50,990 nt of DNA from a virus (lineage: Duplodnaviria > Caudoviricetes), in IMG/VR virus record IMGVR_UViG_3300017700_000695, positions 1 through 50,990 of that record; one strand, given 5' to 3'. Both the position numbers and the translations under genes were made by a program. The stretch's first letter is position 1. Every line of letters starts with the position of its first letter. A model generated the notes under the pieces. That model ran no database searches. It saw only the letters and a program-made list of their open reading frames with translations, and was not told where the DNA came from. Below, one piece after another: positions 44,469-50,990 of this stretch.

Positions 44469-44942
44469 GTGCCTGCCCACCGCGTTCCGTTGCCCGAGCG
44501 CTTGCGCCGCCACTACCGGGTCGATCCGTCGACCGGGTGCTGGGTTTGGACCGGACGCGTCAGGACTCTTGGCTACGGGGTCATGCGCATCGAAGGCCGC
44601 GACACGGCCGCGCACCGCGTCTCTTACGAGATCCATGTGGGCCCGATCCCTGCGGGATTGTTCATCTGTCATCGTTGCGACAGGCCGCCGTGTGTGAACC
44701 CGGCTCACTTGTTCGCGGGGACCCCGAAGGACAATCACCACGACATGATGACGAAGGGCCGCTGGCGCAACAGCAGCGATCCTGACCGCGCGGGCGGCGT
44801 CAGCCACACCCTTCTCACCCAGACCGCCGCGATTGCTGGGGAGCGCCCTGGCGTCTCATCCGCCGAGGTCGCGCGCATTCTCAACATCAACCCGAGGACC
44901 GCCCATCGGTACCTCTACAAATACTTGGGAGCTTCCAAATGA
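44469..44942 (+). CDS. HNH endonuclease with C-terminal HTH
   Basis: CWVWTG, GYG, AHRVSY, CHRCD.P.CVNP.HL..GT..DN. Confidence 0.88.
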   Translation: MPAHRVPLPERLRRHYRVDPSTGCWVWTGRVRTLGYGVMRIEGRDTAAHRVSYEIHVGPIPAGLFICHRCDRPPCVNPAHLFAGTPKDNHHDMMTKGRWRNSSDPDRAGGVSHTLLTQTAAIAGERPGVSSAEVARILNINPRTAHRYLYKYLGASK

Positions 44943-45196
44943 CCGATAGCACCGACGTCCTGAACCAGACCGCCCAAGGGCAACTCAAGTCGATCATCGA
45001 GCGGGCCGAGAGGCTCATCGCTGAGAAAGACGAGATCGCCGAGCATCTGAAGGAAGTTTTCTCGGAGGCCAAGGGATCCGGCTTCGACGTCCCCACCCTG
45101 AAGAAGGTCATCGCCCGCCGGAAGAAGGACCGCGCCAAGGTCGAAGAAGAAGACGCGATCCTCGACACCTACCTCGTCGCGCTCGGGGAGGTCTGA
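44939..45196 (+). CDS. gapR: GapR/DUF2312 nucleoid-associated protein homolog
   Basis: QLKSIIER.ERL..EK.EI....KEVF.EAKG.GFD...L..VI..RK and LDTY..ALG. Confidence 0.85.
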   Translation: MTDSTDVLNQTAQGQLKSIIERAERLIAEKDEIAEHLKEVFSEAKGSGFDVPTLKKVIARRKKDRAKVEEEDAILDTYLVALGEV

Positions 45197-45198
45197 TC

Positions 45199-45540
45199 AT
45201 GGCCGCTTCCTACCCCCACGCGCCGGGCTTCAAGGCCCGCTCCACCGCCAAGGCCGCTGCCGAGGCCATGGCGCCCAAGGCTCAATCCCTTCGCGCTCGA
45301 GTCTTTGATGCGCTCAAAGAGAAGGCCGACACGCCCGAAGGCGTCGCGGCCCGCATCGGTGAGCCGGTCATGAACGTCCGGCCGCGCTGCAGTGAGCTTG
45401 CGGCCCGCAACATGATCGCTGACACCGGCCAACGCCGCGAGGCCATGGGCGGTCGCCAGGCCATCGTCTGGGCCGTGACCGGCGAGGCCAACGAGGCCGA
45501 TCCTCAATCCGTGGGAGGCCAACTTGCCCACGCTGCTTGA
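45199..45540 (+). CDS. Winged-helix protein
   Basis: TPE.VA, VRPR.SEL, I.DTG.RR, GR.AIVW. Confidence 0.7.
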   Translation: MAASYPHAPGFKARSTAKAAAEAMAPKAQSLRARVFDALKEKADTPEGVAARIGEPVMNVRPRCSELAARNMIADTGQRREAMGGRQAIVWAVTGEANEADPQSVGGQLAHAA

Positions 45541-45898
45541 GCGCCCGTCGGTCCTGCTGACCCGCATGGACATGTCCGACGAAGAAAACATCAAAGACGC
45601 CGAGCGCGAGCTTCAACGCGCCGGCGACGATGCCGCCAAGCTGTCCGTCTGGGCGGCGAAGTGGGGCGGTGTGCTGACCCTGCGCTGCGCCGAGACTGAG
45701 GGCTGGAAGCATGCGCCCGACGAAGTCGAGACGCTGACCGGAGAGCTCAACAGTTCCGAGAAGGCCCTTGAAGCCATTCAGGAAGCCGCTCGCGTCGCGA
45801 TCGACGGCATCGACAAGGCTCTTTCGGACAAAGGCATCGCCGATGCGGTGATCAACGCCGTCAACGAGGCCGTCGGCAAGCTGGAGAACGCGCTGTGA
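45524..45898 (+). CDS. Hypothetical protein
   Basis: Helical ORF overlapping both neighbours. Confidence 0.55.
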   Translation: MPTLLERPSVLLTRMDMSDEENIKDAERELQRAGDDAAKLSVWAAKWGGVLTLRCAETEGWKHAPDEVETLTGELNSSEKALEAIQEAARVAIDGIDKALSDKGIADAVINAVNEAVGKLENAL

Positions 45899-47016
45899 GG
45901 GCCGTCATCGAACGCGCCCCGCTCCTGGCCGCCCTCTCGCGCCTAATGGGCGTGGTGGAGCGCAAGCACAGCATCGCCGTCCTCTCCAACGTCTTGCTTT
46001 CGGTCTCGGCGGGCACGGTGCGCCTGCGGGGCACTGACTTGGAAATGGAGGCGATCGAGGTTGTCGCCGCCTCCGTTGACGAACCTGGCGACGTGCTGGT
46101 CTCGGCCGACAAGCTGCATGACATCGTGAGGAACGCCGACGCCGGCGCCCAGATCACCGTGTCGACCAAGCGGGATGATCCTCGCCTCCGGGTTCAATCG
46201 GGCCGCTCTAACTTCAACGTTCCCACGTCCGACCCGGCCGACTTCCCGGAGTTTAAGGCCGACGGGCTGTCGCCCGCGTGGTCGTTCCCGGCCAAGACGC
46301 TTGCGAACATGATTGCCCGGGTCGGCTTCGCTCGCGGCGAGCCGAACCCGCCCACGGCATTCGGCGGCATCTATCTCACCGTCGATGAGGGGGAGTTCCA
46401 CGCCGTCGCCTGCCACAAGGCCGGCATGGCGTTGCGCCGTGAGCCCGCGCCAGCAGGTGCGGCCATCGCCGCGATCGTGCTCCCCAAGTTCACCAACCAG
46501 CTCACCCGCTGGCTTGCCGACGCGGAGGGCGATGTCTGGATTTCATCGTCGGAAAGCCTGGTGCGCCTGGTCTGCGATGGCGCGACCCTGACGTCTAAGG
46601 TCTTCGGCGGCCAGTACTTCGACTATCGCCGCATCATGATCGAAAGCCACGAGGCGAGCGCCACGACGGATCAAGACGCCCTCGCGGCTGCGGCTCGCCG
46701 GGTGATGATCATGGGCGACATGTCCACCGGCTCGATCAGGATGAAGTTCGAAGATGGGGCCATCGCGCTTGCGTCTCGAAACGACCAATCGGGGGAGGGC
46801 GCCGACGAGATCGCTTGCGACTACGAGGGACCGCCCACCGACTTCCTGATGAATGCCGAGAAGGTGCAAGCGGCCCTAGCTTCCCTTTCCGGCGATCGAG
46901 TGGAGCTCAGCTTCGCGCCTGTGAAGGACGCCAAGGTCAACACGACTACTCAGGTGATCATCCGGGCGCCGTCCGATCCGGCCATGGTGATCAACCTCAT
47001 GCAGCCGCGTGCCTGA
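45895..47016 (+). CDS. dnaN: DNA polymerase III beta clamp homolog
   Basis: 373 aa; VLSNVLL, GTDLEME, GRSNF, DFP, YFDYRRI, C-terminal LMQPR. Confidence 0.85.
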   Translation: MRAVIERAPLLAALSRLMGVVERKHSIAVLSNVLLSVSAGTVRLRGTDLEMEAIEVVAASVDEPGDVLVSADKLHDIVRNADAGAQITVSTKRDDPRLRVQSGRSNFNVPTSDPADFPEFKADGLSPAWSFPAKTLANMIARVGFARGEPNPPTAFGGIYLTVDEGEFHAVACHKAGMALRREPAPAGAAIAAIVLPKFTNQLTRWLADAEGDVWISSSESLVRLVCDGATLTSKVFGGQYFDYRRIMIESHEASATTDQDALAAAARRVMIMGDMSTGSIRMKFEDGAIALASRNDQSGEGADEIACDYEGPPTDFLMNAEKVQAALASLSGDRVELSFAPVKDAKVNTTTQVIIRAPSDPAMVINLMQPRA

Positions 47017-48401
47017 TGGACGCCTACGCGGAGTTTCTCGCCCGTAAGGCCATGCTTGACCCGGCAACGGGCTTGCAGACCATTCCGGCGCTGCCTGAGG
47101 CCATGTTCCCGTTCCAGGCCGACATTACCGCCTGGGCGCTTCGCCGCGGTCGCGCGGCGCTATTCGCCGGCACAGGCCTGGGGAAGAGCCTGATGGAGCT
47201 CGCCTGGGCCGATGCGGTTCACCGAGAGACCGGAAAGGACATCCTCCACCTGGCCCCGCTCAGCGTGTCGGCCCAGATGGTGCGCGAGGCCGACAAGTTC
47301 GGTCTCGTGGCCCGCCAGGTGCGCGCCCAGGCCGATTGCCTGTCTGGAAACAACGTCACCAACTACCAGAAGCTCGACCACTTCGACCTGTCCAAGTTCG
47401 GCGGGGTGATCCTGGATGAGAGCTCCATCCTCAAGTCGACGGCCGGCCACTATCGGAACCACCTGATCGAGGCTTGCGCCCAGATACCGTTCCGCCTGGC
47501 GGCAACCGCCACCCCGGCGCCGAACGACTTCATGGAGCTTGGCAATCACGCCGAGTTTCTGGGGGTCATGTCCTACACCGACATGCTCGCCACGTTCTTC
47601 GTTCACGACGGCGGCGACACCCGCTCCTGGCGCCTGAAGGGCCACGCCGAGAACGACTTCTGGCGCTGGATGGCGTCGTGGGCGGTCATGCTCCGCAAGC
47701 CGTCCGACCTCGGATATGACGACGCGGGCTATGACCTTCCGCCCCTGAACCAGTTTCAGCACGTCGTCCGGCTGGCCATCCAGCCGCCCGAAGGTGACAT
47801 GTTCCACACCCCCGCTGGCAGCTTGGCTGAGCGCATCTCGGCCCGGCGCGAGAGCGTGGCTGAGCGGGTGCGGGAGGCCGTTTCCCTGACGCCAGGCGAC
47901 CGGCCATTCGTGTGGTGGTGCAACCTTAACGCCGAGAGCGAGGCTCTCACCTCCGCCATCACCGGCGCCGTGGAAATTCGCGGCTCGGACAGCGAGGACG
48001 CCAAGGAGCGGAAGCTGGCCGATTTCGCCGAGGGCCGCATCCTGACGCTGGTGACGAAGCCTTCGATCTGTTCGTGGGGCTTGAACTGGCAACATTGCCG
48101 CGACACGGGCTTCGTCGGTCTCAACGATAGCTTCGAGCAAATCTACCAGGCCATCCGCCGCTTCTGGCGCTTCGGCCAAACCCAGCCCGTGAACGCCCAC
48201 TTCATCGCCTCTGAGCGTGAGGGCGCCGTGCTGGCGAACTACCGCCGCAAGGAAGCCGACGCCGACCGCATGGCCGCCGCCATGGTCCGCCACACCGCCG
48301 AGATTTCGAGCCTGGCGATCCGTGGGCAGCTTCGCGACCGCCCCGACTACGCGCCCACCGAACCCCTCATCATCCCCTCCTGGCTCAAGGCCGCCGCATG
48401 A
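47016..48401 (+). CDS. SF2 (SNF2-like) helicase
   Basis: GTGLGKS, ILDESS, TATPAPND, QAIRRFWRFGQ. Confidence 0.88.
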   Translation: MDAYAEFLARKAMLDPATGLQTIPALPEAMFPFQADITAWALRRGRAALFAGTGLGKSLMELAWADAVHRETGKDILHLAPLSVSAQMVREADKFGLVARQVRAQADCLSGNNVTNYQKLDHFDLSKFGGVILDESSILKSTAGHYRNHLIEACAQIPFRLAATATPAPNDFMELGNHAEFLGVMSYTDMLATFFVHDGGDTRSWRLKGHAENDFWRWMASWAVMLRKPSDLGYDDAGYDLPPLNQFQHVVRLAIQPPEGDMFHTPAGSLAERISARRESVAERVREAVSLTPGDRPFVWWCNLNAESEALTSAITGAVEIRGSDSEDAKERKLADFAEGRILTLVTKPSICSWGLNWQHCRDTGFVGLNDSFEQIYQAIRRFWRFGQTQPVNAHFIASEREGAVLANYRRKEADADRMAAAMVRHTAEISSLAIRGQLRDRPDYAPTEPLIIPSWLKAAA

Positions 48402-49393
48402 ACATGCCCGACATCAAGGCCTGTGATCAGGTCATCACCGACCAATACGCCATCTACCAGGGCGACTCCTGCGAGCTGATCCGCGCCATCCCCGGCGACA
48501 CGGTTCACTTCGGTATCCACTCTCCGCCGTTCGAGGGGCTCTACAAGTTCAGCAACTTCGACCGCGACCTATCGAACAGCGAGGGCGCCGACTTCTGGGA
48601 TCACTATGCCTTCCTGATCCAAGAGCTTCTGCGGGTGACGATGCCCGGTCGCCTGCATTCCGTTCACGTCATGCAGTTGCCCATGAGCAAAATCCGCCAT
48701 GGCAATATCGGGATGCGCGACTTCCGCGGCGAGGTCATCCGGTCCTACGAGAACGCCGGCTGGATTTTCCATAGCGAGGTCTGCATCTGGAAAGACCCCG
48801 TCGTCGCCCAGCAGCGCACGAAATCCATTCGCCTGCTGCACAAGCAGATCACCAAGGACAGCACGATCAGCGGCCAGGGCATGGCCGACTACATCGTCAC
48901 TTTCCGCAAGCCGGGGGAGAACCCTGAGCCGGTCGACGGCATGTTTGACCTGTTCGTCGGGACCGATCTCGACATCAGCCGCGAGGCCTACGACCGTGAC
49001 AAGTCGCGCCTGGCCGCCGAGGGAAAGACGCCCTGGCCTTTTGAGATGTGGGTCTCGGTTCGGGTGTGGCAGCGCTACGCCTCGCCGGTCTGGATGGACA
49101 TCGACCAGGGCCGGACGCTGCAGTACCGCGGCGGTCGAGACCACGCTGACGAGCAGCACATCTCGCCCCTGCAGCTCGACGTCATCGAGCGGTGCATTGA
49201 GCTCTGGTCAAACCCCGGCGACGTGGTCCTGACGCCGTTCCTGGGCATCGGCTCCGAAGTGTTCTCCGCCGTCGAAATGGGTCGCCGGGGTGTCGGGTTC
49301 GAGCTGAAGCCGTCCTACTTCACCCAGGCCGTTCGCAACTTGTCGCGCGCTGGCCTACCGGAGGCCGCCTCCATCTTGGAGAGCGCGGCGTGA
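48398..49393 (+). CDS. Beta-class amino DNA methyltransferase (N4-C/N6-A)
   Basis: SPPF motif IV precedes TPFLGIGS motif I; GRRGVGFELK. Confidence 0.88.
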   Translation: MNMPDIKACDQVITDQYAIYQGDSCELIRAIPGDTVHFGIHSPPFEGLYKFSNFDRDLSNSEGADFWDHYAFLIQELLRVTMPGRLHSVHVMQLPMSKIRHGNIGMRDFRGEVIRSYENAGWIFHSEVCIWKDPVVAQQRTKSIRLLHKQITKDSTISGQGMADYIVTFRKPGENPEPVDGMFDLFVGTDLDISREAYDRDKSRLAAEGKTPWPFEMWVSVRVWQRYASPVWMDIDQGRTLQYRGGRDHADEQHISPLQLDVIERCIELWSNPGDVVLTPFLGIGSEVFSAVEMGRRGVGFELKPSYFTQAVRNLSRAGLPEAASILESAA

Positions 49394-49635
49394 CCCGGGC
49401 GCGCGGAAAGCGGGGTGACGCTGGCGTCTCCTTCGAGGACGCCGCCGTCAACCTGGATGATCTTGAGGCCGCAGGCTTTTTCGCCGACGTCACTGACGAG
49501 ATGCGGCGCGCGGCCCACACGGAGTTCGCGAGGATCTTCGCGAGCCGCAACCCGCCCGAGGTTTGGCCTGGCGTCGCGCCGGCTCTGACTCCGGGCGACC
49601 CAGCCCCCGGCGACATGTTCGGGCTGGCTGCATGA
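49390..49635 (+). CDS. Hypothetical protein
   Basis: GTGA-coupled. Confidence 0.45.
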   Translation: MTRARGKRGDAGVSFEDAAVNLDDLEAAGFFADVTDEMRRAAHTEFARIFASRNPPEVWPGVAPALTPGDPAPGDMFGLAA

Positions 49636-49853
49636 TCCCTCCCACACCCCTCATGGCCGAGACCGATCCGATCCTGATCGCGATCTCGCTTTTCATCGAG
49701 CGCCGCGGCCGGGCGCCGGATGCTGATGAGGTCTATGACCTGCTGAACTTCCGCCAGCCAGGCGGGATTGGTCGGGCTTGCGCTGCCCTGTCCAAGGTCG
49801 CTGAGAACCGCGTCGCCCAGATGCGTCGCCAGCAGGCGAGGGCATCAGCATGA
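49632..49853 (+). CDS. Hypothetical protein
   Basis: ATGA-coupled. Confidence 0.45.
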   Translation: MIPPTPLMAETDPILIAISLFIERRGRAPDADEVYDLLNFRQPGGIGRACAALSKVAENRVAQMRRQQARASA

Positions 49854-50317
49854 ACCCTCGCGACTACATCGCCATCGTCACCGCCAAACGGGCCTTGGGC
49901 GCGTCCTGGGGCGCGATCTCAGGCATGACAGGGGTGTCTGTCCCCGACCTCCGCAAGGCGTTTGATCCGACCTGGCCGAAGGAGTTCGAGGCGGCCCGCC
50001 AACCCTTGCCGCAAGTCCCCCAGGTTAAGGCGGCGAAGGAGAAGCCGTCGTCGGGTCGGAAACAGGTAACCCGCGCCAAGCCCGGCACGCTCACGAGCCG
50101 CATCCTATTGGCGATCAACGCCGGCGCGGCAACCACGCAGGACATCATCACCGCGACGGGGGCCGACCATGGCTCTGTGGCGGTCATGTTGTCACGCATG
50201 AAGCACGGCGGTCTCGTCTCCGGGTCGGGCGACTACCGCTTCGTCTGGAGCCTGACTGAGGTCTCCGACGCGCTGCTGAGCGGGCTTGAGGCGACTGACC
50301 GGGAGATTGCAGCATGA
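49850..50317 (+). CDS. Putative DNA-binding protein (two HTH-like segments)
   Basis: GASWGAISGMTG and TTQDII...G....SV...LSRM...GLV. Confidence 0.55.
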   Translation: MNPRDYIAIVTAKRALGASWGAISGMTGVSVPDLRKAFDPTWPKEFEAARQPLPQVPQVKAAKEKPSSGRKQVTRAKPGTLTSRILLAINAGAATTQDIITATGADHGSVAVMLSRMKHGGLVSGSGDYRFVWSLTEVSDALLSGLEATDREIAA

Positions 50318-50637
50318 CGGACACCCTGCTTTCGCTGTGGAAGGGCGACGTTCAACCGCCACATCAGCCAGAGCCGCCGCTTGGCGAAAAGGTGCGCGCC
50401 ATCCTTCGCCAAGCCGCTGCCTTCCACGGCGTGACGGTTGACGACATCAAGGGCTCGCGCCGGTTCCTGCCCCACTGCATGGCCCGCCAAGAGGCCATGT
50501 GGCGACTCCGCGAGCTCAAGGCGCCTGACGGCAGCCCCCGCCTCAGCCTCCCCCGCATTGGTCAGATCGTCGGCGGGGTCGATCACACGACGGTGCTGCA
50601 CGGTGTGCGGGCGCACGAGCGGCGGAGGTGCCTGTGA
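50314..50637 (+). CDS. DnaA C-terminal (domain IV)-like HTH protein
   Basis: ARQEAMW, SLPRIGQ..GG.DHTTVLHG. Confidence 0.85.
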   Translation: MTDTLLSLWKGDVQPPHQPEPPLGEKVRAILRQAAAFHGVTVDDIKGSRRFLPHCMARQEAMWRLRELKAPDGSPRLSLPRIGQIVGGVDHTTVLHGVRAHERRRCL

Positions 50638-50758
50638 CCGCCCGACATATCATCGATAAGCCTATGAATAGGCCATCTCGCCGCACTAGCCCGCTGGCGA
50701 CGTTAAGCTATCCCTTGGGTATGGCCCTCGTTCCCACGCTCGACTTTTGGACGCTTCG

Positions 50759-50990
50759 GTGAGCGTCGCTCAGCTCATCAGAGACATGGCGGCGGCTGGG
50801 GCGCCGGCCGAGGCTATCGCCTTGGCGGTCGACGCTATTGAGGCCGCCGAGGCGAAGCTTGGCGCCCAGCGCGAGGCTGCCCGAGACCGGAAACGGCGGC
50901 AACGGGCGGGACAGTCGCGTGACGGTCACGGGACAGTCACGGGACATTCCCACGACAGTCACGCCCAACCCCCCCCCCCCCCCCCCCCTC
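50759..50990 (+). CDS. N-terminal part of the replication initiator (runs off the window end)
   Basis: GTG start; SVAQLIRDMAAAGAPAEAIALAV...AARDRKRRQR; contains iterons; no stop before the end. Confidence 0.7.
   Translation, partial: MSVAQLIRDMAAAGAPAEAIALAVDAIEAAEAKLGAQREAARDRKRRQRAGQSRDGHGTVTGHSHDSHAQPPPPPPP
50908..50962 (+). repeat. Five tandem 11-bp iteron-like repeats (putative origin)
   Basis: GGGACAGTCGC, GTGACGGTCAC, GGGACAGTCAC, GGGACATTCCC, ACGACAGTCAC. Confidence 0.75.

Noticed and set aside
50969-50990. Terminal poly-C tract as a phase-variation site
   Set aside because: It lies at the contig end, so its length is unreliable and may be a sequencing or assembly artefact.
1-50990. 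tRNA, rRNA, DGR or retron components
   Set aside because: No cloverleaf, rRNA or reverse transcriptase motif was recognised by eye; tRNAscan/Infernal were not run.

Overview
The window looks like an essentially complete, high-GC, temperate P22-like podophage or prophage of an alphaproteobacterium. A Caulobacterales-type host is suggested by a GapR/DUF2312 homolog and a GTTC-N7-GTTC LexA box. The replication gene appears split across the two window ends, so the sequence is probably circularly permuted. Gene order: replication, NusG-like antiterminator, terminase, portal, scaffold and P22-type coat, short-tail and ejection proteins, an accessory cassette, head spike, a truncated integrase, lysis, BRO antirepressor, an IS1595-family element, the leftward early/recombination arm (ERF, YqaJ), the cI/cro switch, and the rightward early arm (GapR, beta-clamp, helicase, DNA methylase). 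The standout is at 22.5-23.85 kb: a small RAMP/Cas7-like gene and a partner gene, followed by a non-coding array of GGY-NN pentamers in three GGCA-delimited units and ending in a GNRA hairpin. When the NN dinucleotides are read as a gapped code (NN-x-NN-x), they give codon-phased near-matches to this phage's own ejection-protein genes and to the RAMP gene. This suggests an RNA-guided system aimed at homologous genes of competing phages (VIPR-like). All protein calls come from motif reading and synteny, not database searches.
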